Shown here: piece by piece, positions 47,001 to 58,728 of the stretch
How positions within the stretch are numbered: the stretch's first letter is position 1
Layout of the letters: the number at the start of each line of letters is the position of its first letter
NCBI RefSeq assembly: GCF_964204645.1
Contig: NC_134027.1
Coordinates: 20,050,560-20,114,559, forward strand
DNA from: Tubulanus polymorphus
Taxonomy: Eukaryota; Animalia; Nemertea
DNA length: 64,000 bases
Direction of reading: 5' to 3'
Made by a program: the position numbers and the translations under genes
Notes under the pieces: model-generated
What the model saw: only the letters and a program-made list of their open reading frames with translations
The model's database searches: none
What the model was told of the DNA's origin: nothing

Positions 47001-50000
47001 CCTCAAATCCCCTGCAGTTAGTTTTATTGACACGATTTATCTTCACGATTTATCTATCAGCATGGGGTTATATAATTAGTTCATAGTCAATGGAGGCAAG
47101 CCCTTGCTTTCAATTCAAAACTGGTCAATAAAACTGGCTATAAGCCTTGTTCCACACTTAACACATGCCACCAGTATTCAAAATATACTAATTTAGCTCA
47201 AGAGTCGTAAATCTAACTCAGAATTACCCCAGGAGTTAACTCTGATACTATCTCAAGGGTTCAAGTAAACCTAGCCTTTGAAAACCAAGGTGTTAGATCC
47301 ATATATGTATTTGCTTTAAAATCTATTTGCTTAGAAATTAACCCAATAACTGTTGTTGAGAATTTGTGGAGGGCTCCAAGGCAATGTCTTGTCAAAAATT
47401 CTGGAAAAGGGTTTTTCCAGTCAAAAGGGCACTGTGAAAATTTGAGACCCTCAGTTCTCACCCCTGGATTTGCTCCTTTAACCCTAAAGTTAAAGGGAAA
47501 ATTAGTTAATGAAACCAATCCTGGAGGTACAAGATAAATCAGTAGAGCAACAAATGTGTTAAACAGGAATTTTCCTTCATATTTTTAAAGAAAAGTTCCT
47601 TCTTCTGTTGATCGTTTATTTTTGTTCTTGCACAGGGTCATCAAAACGATGCCTCCGTCGGATGAGGAGACCAAGCAGAAAGAGGAAGAACGACGTCGTG
47701 AGGAGGAACGTAAGAAAAAGGAGCAGCAGAAAAGAGAAGAGGAAGAAAGAAAGAGGAGAGAAGAAGAGGAAAGACGCGAAGCCGAGGAGAGGAGAAAGGA
47801 GGCGGAACGGCGAAAGGAAGAGGAACGAAAACGGAAAGAAGAGGAGAAAAGGCTAGTGGAAGAACAACGCAAGGAGGAGGAAAGAGAGGAGCAAAGGAGA
47901 CGTGAGGAGGAGAAGAAAAGAGCCGCTGAGAGACGGCGAATTGAACAATCGTCCAAACGAAGTCCGTCCCCGTCGGACTCGTCTAGTATTAACCTATCCC
48001 CGAATTCATCGCCCGAACTGCAAAAATCTCCGTACAAATCACCAACACCTTCTCCGAATCCAGTCAATTCTCCTTCACCTTCATCGTCCTCTTCCGATGA
48101 TGGCTCTGATGATGAGGATGACGACGACGAGAGCCCCGCTCCGGCGCCGGTGAAAGCGCGAACGCCAACTCCCCCGCCACCACCCCCGGTAAAACGACCC
48201 CCGCCAAAAACGAAAGCAGCAATGAAAGCATTACCTCCGCCACGAGCAGCGACGCGCCGCGATCCGTCGCCATCCGAGTCGGCGTCTATTGACGAAGCAG
48301 ATTTATCGGCGGACGACGATTCGATGTCTTCCTCGCCTCCGCCGCCACCGACGCCGAAACGAGGGTCGCCAAAGAAGAAAGCAGCATCCGCAATACCGCC
48401 GATGCCGCCATCGAAGTATAGTAAAAATGCGGTGGGCACTGGTGCAGCGGTACCAGCTGGGAAAGGGGTACAGAGAACCGTAATCACGGAAACAGTTGGG
48501 ACTATCATCGTAAGTTAAACCTAACTTTGCAAGACAACTGTAGAACTGGGTCCACATTCTGAATCTGAATTTGTACCCTGATTATAACATATGTTTTGTA
48601 GGATGAAAGCGGTCAAACTATATGGATTTGTCCAACATGCAAAGTACCGGATGACGGAAGTCCAATGATTGGTTGTGACATTTGTGACGATTGGTACCAT
48701 TGGTGAGTAGGCTAACACTTTTTGAGGCAGCATGGGGAGAGGTTCTAAATCAGTTGGAGTGACTTATATTTGATACTGTGCAGTCACTTGTATTTTATTC
48801 TGATGGATGACCTAGAAGTATAAGATATCTCCATGTACAGTAGAGTAGGCATAGGTCAGATACGCATAACTCGGATGTACGTACGTCAGTGAATTTCTTC
48901 AGTCCCAGTCGATTAGGGAATCTACAAAGATAGAACAAAATATACAATTAGTGCACACACTCCTTTATCCAACTTATGCGTACTCTACTGTAGTGGCAAT
49001 GATGTCAGACCCAGAAATGTTGAGATATCTTATAGTGGCAATGGCAGCAGGTTCAGAAGTACTGTCCACTCCGCTTTATTCAAAGCTGTCTCTTAGTTTG
49101 TCTAGTGGGAGCCATTTTAGCCCACTTGGGACTTAAGTCCCAGCAGGCTATTGCGTTTACTTTTCGTTCGTCGTCTGTTCGTCCGTCCGTAGACAGAATC
49201 CAGTTGTTTTGGAAAGTTTTGAAGACGCTTTAATGTAATGTCTTGATATTTGGGTTACACATGTATCTACCCTAGACACATCTTCAGCCCAAAAATTTGC
49301 CCTGTCAGATTCATGATGGCCGACTGGCAGCCATTGTTGTTCGCCAAAATCTGCACTTTTTACACATTTCTGAACTTTTTGAGGGAAATTTTGAAAACGG
49401 TTTGATCAATTACCTTGATTTTTCGTATATATTTGAACCCCCAAGAGCCCATCAGCATAACAAAAATTGGGTTGATCGGACTCAAGATGGCCGTCCTATG
49501 ACCTTTTTAGTGCCCAAAAGTCAATTTTGGTCCTAATTCTGAGTCTCATAGCTTCCTACTGGTTTGCCACTTCTCATTGCAATTTATGATGGGTATTCTT
49601 TGGAAAGAGATGTTTTATACCTGAGACAGGTATTTTTGATCAGCCAATTATGAAGCAATAAGTGGCCATCTTGTGTCATGCGGAAAAAAGTTTTTCAACA
49701 TTATATTGATACCTAAGCATATTTTGTTACCACAATGAATTAGAGAGTTGTAGCTCATAACATGTTCTATGATTTTGGCGAGTTTTAAGGACATTGGTTT
49801 TTGAAAATGGCCACCAGGGTGCGTTGAATGATACAATAACTTAGTATTTCTATATTATATTTGTAGCTATGCATATTTTGTTACCACAATCAATTGCTAA
49901 GTTGTAGCTCATGACCATCAATCAGGGGGTATTGAATATTGAAATTGTTAAGATTGTTGAGCATTTGAAACCACTTCCCGAGTGGGCATGGTGTCCCAGG

Positions 50001-50547
50001 ACCCCTAGTTAGTGTGTTTTCTTCAGCTTCTTTGCGGCGGAATCACCATTTCAATTTCATGAATGTCCCTGAACCAAGACAATCAACAAAAGTAGCCATT
50101 CTCTGTTTCATGCTTTAAAAGATTTTGGGGTTTTTCTTGTCAATATTCAATACAGTACATACAATGTGATTTATTACCAACAACTGAGTTTTTAAGTCAT
50201 AGGCTATTTAGGTTTTATTCTATTTTAAAGGGAATAACTTTACTGAAAATGGGACCATTTTATTTATACGGAATAAGCACCAATACGGTTTAACCGGAGA
50301 CGGATTAACCGAGGTTGGCTGTATTTCTAAAACTGTAGAAACTGAAATCTCATAAGAGATTTTAATCACATTTACGCATGTTATTTGATTTTTTTTCAGG
50401 CCTTGCGTTGGTATTAAGGTCGAACCAGCTGAAGAAGAACAATGGTACTGTCCCCGATGTCTCGGTAAAAGTGTTACGAACAAAAAGAAGAAAGGTCCTG
50501 GCAAACCGCGCGGCAAATCAAAACGTGGACGAAAAAAAGGAACTTAA
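38084..50547 (+). CDS. TAF3: Transcription initiation factor TFIID subunit 3 (N-terminal histone fold, C-terminal PHD finger)
   Basis: Exons 38084-38258, 40026-40271, 42073-42202, 43764-45084, 45914-46012, 46703-46827, 47636-48509, 48602-48702 and 50400-50547 (TAA), with consistent phases. Diagnostic peptides: AQICQQLGWNSIQ...GRTEPNLDDV (histone fold) and VITETVGTII-DESGQTIWICPTCKVPDDGSPMIGCDICDDWYHWPCVGI...WYCPRC (TAF3 PHD). Confidence 0.95.
38498..38902. mobile_element. Foldback MITE in TAF3 intron 1
   Basis: TCCTCCTTATTACCGAGATGAC ... GTCATCTCGGTAATAAGGAGGA, with more than 100 bp of imperfect inverted arms. Confidence 0.8.
46100..46423. mobile_element. hAT-like MITE with a 5-bp TSD (hAT5-type)
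   Basis: AATCG|CAGGGATCCCAA ... TTGGGATCCCTG|AATCG. Confidence 0.75.
48838..48990. mobile_element. Tc1/mariner-pogo-type MITE
   Basis: TA|CAGTAGAGTAGGCATAGG ... CTTATGCGTACTCTACTG|TA. Confidence 0.7.
49115..50010 (+). mobile_element. Helentron-associated interspersed element (HINE)
   Basis: TTTTAGCCCACTTGGGA start, CGTCCGTCCGT microsatellite, inverted subterminal TCCCGAGTGGGC, a short 3' hairpin and a CTAGTT end. A related fragment lies at about 39770-39930. Confidence 0.75.
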
Positions 50548-51580
50548 ATCGATCTTAGAAATGACTGTGCAATCAATTCTTTTTTCTTGTGGTGCTCTGC
50601 CAATTGATAGATGCTTTTTTCTTGTTTCATATTGATGCAGGTATCAATCTGCTGCCTGATGAACCTGCATGCCCGCATGTTTGATAGTCGCATTTTTTTC
50701 GATTATTGATCATTCTGGCTCCACTTGTGGGCAGGACTTTACTTGGGAGATTTATGATTGAAAATGAACTACTATTACCCAAATTTTATCAGGATACTTT
50801 TCAAAAAACTATTTTCATTAGTTGAAACCTAAAGGGGTTGGTTCCAGAATTATACCTGCACAAAGAAGTGCTTTCGAATGCTTGAATTTACATTGCTGTT
50901 TACCTCAAAAAACATGCTTTAATGAATTTACCTGTCATACATATGGACTCGTAGTATGCCGATTGATCTTTCTGGAATGTTATATTTTCTAAAATCATTT
51001 TTAAATCCTCCTTCACGGGGATTTGAATAGGACGGACTGTATTCCGAGACTCCCACGTTATTCCGATGCAGGGATTTGAATATCTGCGACGTTGTCATGA
51101 TACTCTGCCTTAATTCTTTGAGGCTGGGATTTTAAGTTGATGCAGTTGCAATACAGATTTTAGAACATGTTCATCTCGCTTGCAATATTCATTTCAACTG
51201 GTTGAACAGAATTGTAAGTTGTAGTGAATTTGGCAAAGCTACCCTGAAAGGATGTGTCATTAATTGAATATTAAATCGATTTTGTTTGAGAATTGAGATT
51301 AACTCTGTATACATAGTTGGAGATGTATATTTTCAGTTGCATTTAAAAAGAATATCTTAATGTCTTGTACATATTGTACAATGTAATTGTTGTACATAAA
51401 TGTCAAAAAGTTAGATGTAAATATAACGAAATATATTGACAATTTCATTGTTATGTTCGATTTTACAATATCAAGTCGCTGAATCTGGATCATTTAGGGC
51501 ATCGAATTTTATCCATATGTCCAGATTGAAACTCTCCATGCCCTGCTCAAACCGATAGATATTGACTTGTATGAGAATAA

Positions 51581-51884
51581 GCTATGTCTACACTTGCTTC
51601 TTGTACCCGGGTTATGCGTCGACACTACACTCGAAACACTGGTTCAATGCAGACTTTTCCGCAAAACCCTTCTTGTAAAAGAAGGATACACTGCATTGAA
51701 CCTGCGTTCGCGGACAACTGCATTTTATGTAGTGTAGATGGTAAACCAGTGTTAAATGCAGCGTTTGGCCGCCACAATTGACCTTAAACTACAGATAGCT
51801 GAAACTGTGTTATGTGCAGACACTACTTGCTGCGAATGCAGGTTTTAGTCGAACCCGGGTTCAACGAGCTGGTGTAGACATGGT
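51581..51884. mobile_element. PIF/Harbinger-like MITE
   Basis: TAA|GCTATGTCTACAC ... GTGTAGACATGGT, with internal inverted AACCCGGGTT-like motifs. Confidence 0.55.
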
Positions 51885-52373
51885 TATTAATTTCAATGCC
51901 GGATGTGACTACTTAGTTTATAATGGACAGATTTTCTGCAGCCATGAAAATCATTGTACAGATCTGGAATCTGGGCTCCTTGGAGCAAAATCTTGAGAAT
52001 TCCAGTTTCCAATGTAACATAAAACTTAAGCAGTTAGAATCATTCTGCTTGAATCCCAACTGGAAGTGACTCAACTCGTTTTCCGCAGTATCATTTTGAT
52101 AGGGATTAGATGTAATGAGTGATGTGGTTTTTAAACCACCCCACCACCCTCCTCTTCATACAATCTTATTTAATGACCTTCCATCTGTATGTATATTTTG
52201 AGAAGCTCCCATCCACCTAATACAATGGATTTATAAAACACTGAACACTTTCACTTTTATTGCCATTGACCTTCTGTATTAGTTTTCTGAACTTCGTTTT
52301 CTTGCCTCGTCATAGCGAATCAGGAATGAGATGCGCAAGTGTTCTATCCTCTTAGGAAGTAGGACTACGTATA

Positions 52374-52820
52374 CAGTCAACCTCGCTCAATTCGTATCTC
52401 TTGGGACCATGGTTTTTTCTACGTAATTCGTATTTTTTTTTCGATGAATTGTAAAAATCGTAGAACGATTTATCTATTAATTTGTATGAAATACGAATAC
52501 AAACCTGCTAAAAATTGTTTTCACTGGCATTGGAAAAAATGCTGTGTGCCATAGCCATTAATTATTTAGACTTCATCGGCGGGAAAATGTGGCCATGGCA
52601 CGCTCAGAGGCAATGACTGATGAGTAATTGCTAAGCTCACCAATCGTATTTTCAATCTTTTTTTTAGAAAAGGGACCGTGGATACGGCTACGATTTACAA
52701 AGTGCGAATTATCAATGGCAATTAAAGGGCATAACGTAGGAAAATAATCGGGACCTTTCATTTTATACGAGTTAGCTAGTTATACGAATTAACCAACGAT
52801 GAATCAAGTGAGGTTGACTG
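52374..52820. mobile_element. Tc1/mariner-pogo (Tigger-like) MITE
   Basis: TA|CAGTCAACCTCGCT ... AGTGAGGTTGACTG|TA. Confidence 0.75.
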
Positions 52821-53005
52821 TAGTAACCTTTCAGCAGAGTGAAAAATAAGGAAGAAATTCAGATGATAAAAAATTTTTTATTTACATTATAAAGTATTCG
52901 AACACAATTATTTAACTATTGCATGTGGCTTATTATTTAATGCCAAGAAGTTGGTGATAAAAATATTCTCCACAAATTCATCTGAAGTTAACGGTTGTTT
53001 TAAGG

Positions 53006-56000
53006 TCATACGACTTGAATGCCGATAGTTTGAAGAACTTTTTTCTCGGAGTCATTGTGATAAGCGGCAAATATTTCGTAACACGGTTGACTTGATAAAG
53101 CTTTCAAAAACTTGGTCAAATATGCCTGCAAAAAAATATACACAGTGAAATTATTTGACTAGAAAGTTACCGTGGTGAGTGAGATCCTGCCAGGTTGGCT
53201 AGTAGCTGGTTTATCGGCACTTTGATTTTAATTCTACATTTTAATTAGAATCAAACCGACTTTTCTCCGAATTACTGATGACAAGTGACAACTGTGGATC
53301 CTATAATGACCTCAGATATCCTATAATAACTTCAGATCTAACGATTTATCGATTGTTACAAATTCTGTCCAAAATAGGACAATTTTGATCATTATATCAC
53401 CTTCATTTCTATCATTGATTCGAAAATGTCTGATTTTGCAATATAATGGGTTTCATGATCATTTTGGAGACTTGGAAACGTCCATTCTGAGATGTACTCC
53501 TATGCGACCGGAGAACCTGGTGGCCTCCGGTCATACTTTATTACTGATCATGTAACCCATTAGAAGCATCCCAAAACCTCAATTAGGCCTTTGTGGAAAA
53601 TGGTTGGTTTCACATTTATGAGGGGTTTGATTGCATGATACACAGGCGCGGATTCAGACGGTAGCGCCCTAGGCACGTGCTACCGTCGCGAAAATCTCGT
53701 GCCCTTTTTTTCATGCCCAAAGTAGAAAAGGGCACATTTTTTACAAGACCAGGTAGATAATTTAAACCAAAATGTACATAATTCTTCATGATTTTGTCTT
53801 AACCCTATCACTGCTGAGGCCTGTTTTTGCCATGTGCTGAGCCCTTTTGTCAAAATTTGACTTTTTGAAAAAATAACTGCAATTGATCTATTTTTCACAT
53901 CATTTTCCGAAAAAAATCACTAGAAATCGAAAATGAAAACCAATAAAATGATTTTGGAGAGATGGCTGCACTGTATGGTAATGGGAGTGATATTATGGAA
54001 CGAACGACAGAATAAAAAAATTCAAATTTTAGTTATTATTTTGTTTTTCCCACTGACACGCATGCGCAATCTACAAGATTTTGATGATTTGAAGATTTTG
54101 ATTTTTATAAGGTTTTTTTGTAAGGTGCTGACTATTGCTACCTTCATAAATGGTTACCGTAGTCTAAATACCAAACGATATTCAAGTTATGGCACGCCAT
54201 TGACGACAAGGGACCATTAATTTTATTACATATGCACATGCACGGGGAGGGGGTAAAATGATATGTTGTACATATACTGATACATCTATTGTACGAGTAA
54301 TTCCTGAGACAAAAAACTACTGATACAGTGATGTGACGAAAGGCTCAAAAGCCATAAGCTGAAAACTAATAACTATATTACGATACTCAGTACTACTGAT
54401 CTAATATCAATATAAAATTCACTGTGAATTTGTCTGAAATCATATTCTTCTTTGCATTGTTGTCTACTTTTCATCTGCACCTGAAGGTAGGCCTTCATAC
54501 ATAATACATATGTTGAACGCAATTGATATGAGACTACACATATGTCCGTGCGCAGGAGTAGCTTTAAACATTATGCTTGCGAACAGGAGGAGGGGATGTA
54601 AACAAGAGCCCCAAGGGGCAATATGGCCAGTCTGTCCAGCTTTTCATAAGATGGCAAATGATGCATTCTGTGGGTTAGATTTGTACAAATACACTCCCAG
54701 CTCGATAGACTATAGTCAATCCCAGGCTAATAATTTACACAATTCAATCGTGCTTTCATAAGTAGCGACTGGAGCTGGTAGGAACAAATACCGCAGATAA
54801 ATCATTTCCCTTGGTCTTATTGATTTGAATGCGGAATAGAATTAAATTTTTTGAAATTTGCTCAATCAAACAAAATTGAATTGGATTTGCTTTCCATGAA
54901 GAATTATTAATTTCCAAAAAATCTACTCTTCTTTCATGGAATTTTTTTTAGGGCCAATTTAGGTCAGCCTAAACATGGCTCATTTCTATCTTTCTAAAAT
55001 GCATGATGCAACAGCCAAAAAATTGACTTAGTTATATAACAAAGTGGTTTAGCTGCCTAGAAAAAAATATTTTTGAAATAATTTATATCTTGGGGGTTAT
55101 CTGGACCCCCAAATATGGTATTGCGCAATGTCATTTTTATAAAAAAATACACATTCTGTGATGTTCAGTGACCCCCCGAAAATATAAAAACATCCCAAAT
55201 GAAGATTTCCTCAATAGAAGATGATAAGGGACATAGATACCCATCAGCCAGAAAAATTTTGGCTGACTTGGGGTCCACAAGGGTCCAAGGTCAAAGGTCA
55301 TCAAAAGGTCATGCAATCGTTGGGTGAAGAACATGTATACTTGTGCTATTCTGTAACCCAAAATATGATAGGAATAAACTCTGAATCAATCTTTTTATGT
55401 TGACAACAGGGAAATGATGCTGCAGATGTTGAAATCCAATGGGCCTGTACCATTTTAGACCCCCAGGGGTCGAGAAAGCCCCCAGAAATATAGCTCGCCC
55501 AACAAAATAATATGTAAAAATTCATATAGTTTATCCAAATAAACTAAAATTTACAGTCACAGATGTTTGAAATCATGGTTTGTACTATCTAATTGTGTGG
55601 AATTGGTTGAAAGAGGTTATAGGATGCAGGTGTGGGTTATTTCTGCACGTCTCGCAAAAGTAGGTCGCCTCTCACAGTGCTTTGTGCTATCTCTGTCACT
55701 AATTGTAAATGAGGTCAAATCAATAATTCGACCGCAGCTGTGCGTTGAAAAGTGTATATCATGTTCAAAAAACATTCATAGTACATACTAAACACTGCCT
55801 AGTTGCATCCATCTGCCATCTATTTGAATAAGGCAGCGATAAAATTTGAGCCGGCACTCTGCAGGGCCCCGACATAAATTGAAAAAAAGTTGACCCAGCA
55901 CACTGCCGGAATTGACATGGAAAGAGCTAAAGTTCAATAAAGTAAAATTGAATTGGATTTGATATTTTTTTGCAAAATAAAATTTGATTGAATTTGCAGT

Positions 56001-58605
56001 TCGCGCACATGGCTAATTAGGATATCAAGGTCATCCATCAGATTTAAGAAAAAGTTATTTTTCCCGGACTTTGCACAATTGTCAATGATATTATCTGTAG
56101 TGAAAATAAAAATATTCCTCCCAAAAACCAAATCCAATAAAGATTTCACAGAAATCAATATTGAAATACAATTTTAGACCTTGGAATAAAACTCGGAAGT
56201 GAAACGGTAGATGATCCCGCGGGTTCTCGTGAACACCTGCTGATCTCTGCGGCTAAGCCAATCGTAGAGGAGTCTTTACCTTCTGATTGACTTTTAAAAC
56301 AGATATTTTTGCCATCAGATTTTCGCGAAAAAGCTCATATAAATTTTAACGAGGCCCTTTTTCAAAATTCAGCTTCATAGGGGTTGGAGAATGGATAATG
56401 CTCTAATGAATGATTTGTATGAATATATGCTCAGTTGCACAGTCAAAGGAGCCTTTACTCTGGAAACCATGTCATTTAAATTCGCTCCATTTGTATAGTA
56501 ATAGGCTCAGCTTACGGCTGGTCTAAAAATAGGAATTTTATGCTTATGTAATAAATTAATGGTCCCTTAGGGTACAAGGGCTAAATGCTAAATAGAGAAT
56601 TGAGTCATGCCCTACCTGAAGGTCAACTTCAGAGATCGGATCTTGTAGAGCATCGGGGTCATCTTCGCCATTATCATCGTCATCGTATTCTACAGAAATA
56701 AATAGATATGTTGCTAGCGAAACCGTTCCAGTTAAACAGAGGCCTGCAACAATCATGACCACTAATAATGCAATAGGATCCAATGAGTGATCATTCTAAG
56801 GTACATGTCAGCACTGGATACAGACTGTATTGGGCAGCACAGAGCAGAGATCGTTATCATGATGAATTGGTTTAAGAAAATTAGTAATTTATCGTGCAGG
56901 ATGCAAAAATTATTTGAGACAATCGACTCTGGGAGAAATGATTAATGCGTTTAAAGGTAGTCTGTACAATCATGACTTTCATACCATCCATTGATCTAAG
57001 GAACTTACCATAACCCGCAGCCTCAGCGTATTGTCGCAGTAAACTTTCTAAACTACATTCTCCATCTTCAGCACCATCTTCATCTTCCCAATCCTTCACA
57101 AAAAATACATTGATTGACTTCAAATTTTCATTAGCAATACTGGTAGTTACCACACAAACAAAAGAAATAGAAATGCAATTCAAAATGAACTAACTTATAG
57201 TCATAGTCAAAGTTTGAGAGTATTTCTAAGGCCCTAAATGAATAGAAACTACTCAAGATGATTTGAAACTAGAGGACTTACATCATCAGCATCATCTTCA
57301 TCCACCTCATCATCATCGCCAGCTGGCTGATTGGTAAATGTATTCTCTAATTGATTCGATAGTTCGTGAATTAAAAGTTTGTACATTTTCACAAGCAGTG
57401 GTATTTTTGTCCATTCCTGCGGAGCTGCAAATATATGAATACTTATTAATAATGTCATTCTCAAATTAGATGTACGTACATTTACTTGCTTTATGCATCC
57501 ACTGCCCGTAATTACTCATACTGATGAAATGTTTTTCAAATTGATTTTTTCATCAAAATTTGCTATTTCCGTCATAATATTCGATCAAATTACAGTCATG
57601 TCTCGATACACCACCAGCCTTGCTTATCGCCAACAATTTTCAAAATACAGAATACTTGTGTCTCTTACGTATTACAAAAATCCCCATTTATCGCCCTCCA
57701 CATACCGCTACCGCCAATAAATCTTCTTAGTACATCATGGAATAACCAAAATCCCATGAAGCTAATGTGAACAAAGTCATTAATGGAATATACACTATCG
57801 TCAACTACGTACCCGCACTACAGACAAGATTATATTTTTGATATTTACATATCAACTCTTTCATACCACAGGGCCAGAAAATCAAGCTATATGCAATCTT
57901 GATGAGAAATGTTGAAACCTAGCAACAAGTGGTCAATCGGCAATCGCTTCAGAAAATACTCAAGTATACATCGCAGTTTTTACTTTGTTCAAAAAGCTGT
58001 TTATTTTTGAAGGTATTTAGACGCAAAATAATGGCCAAAAATCTATATACAATTTAAATAACTTCATCAGAACTAATAGTCAATCAGGATAACAATTCCG
58101 ATGAATCTGAAAAATAGCCATAGTGATTGGTAGGATGATAGAAAAAGGTCAGAGGCATCAATTCAAGACAACATTTTTCAGGGTTGCAAATATGCTGATA
58201 TTTTAGCTGAGAGCCCAAGTTCTGAGGACACACATTGTCCAGCACCACAGGGTTCACAGGGTTGAATTCTGGAAAATTGGAAATTTAGGACATTAAAAAC
58301 TTACACGTAGCCGATTTCGACCGGGTTCGGATTCCTTCGACGCCACAAACAATCGGATCACCATTCACATCTATTCCCTGCATTCTTGAATCGTTTGTGT
58401 TGATCGTGTGCTCAAGCAGTTTACCGAGGGCGACTGTGCTGACTTTTTGCTCGTACGACCCATAAAATAAATGCTGTTTGCTGCACCATTCGTTCAGCAC
58501 AAATTCCAATGCTGGTCGACCTGTTGGGTCAGGTACGTTCGTCAAAAAATTTAAAACCGCCTCCATTTGTGTGTGCATCAAATGTGCGAACACGAGCACC
58601 AAACT
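53006..58605 (-). CDS. IPO9: Importin-9, last five coding exons (gene continues beyond the right edge)
   Basis: Exons 58605-58305, 57424-57282, 57093-57009, 56689-56616 and 53125-53006 (TGA). Peptides SLVLVFAHL...[10 protein letters not shown]...[13 protein letters not shown]...[27 protein letters not shown]...DLQ and AYLTKFL...VLQTIGI match the importin-9 C-terminus. AATAAA on the minus strand near 52880. Confidence 0.95.
54601..56529 (-). mobile_element. Helentron-associated interspersed element (HINE), possibly with nested insertions
   Basis: Minus strand starts TTTTTAGACCAGCCGTAAGCTG and ends with hairpin GCCCC-tt-GGGGC then TCTTGTT; the 3' end is shared with the element at 63440. Confidence 0.6.
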
Positions 58606-58728
58606 CTGGATGAGAAATGAAAAAAGAAAAGAAATAAGAACATTTTCTTGTATTCAGAAATAACAAGTCACAATAAAGCACTGCAGCGATAACAAGTTAG
58701 TATCCAAAAAGAGGCTTAACAGCATTAA

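Noticed and set aside
44400-48508. Long antisense ORFs 44400-45083 and 47585-48508
   Set aside because: Shadows of low-complexity TAF3 exons on the opposite strand.
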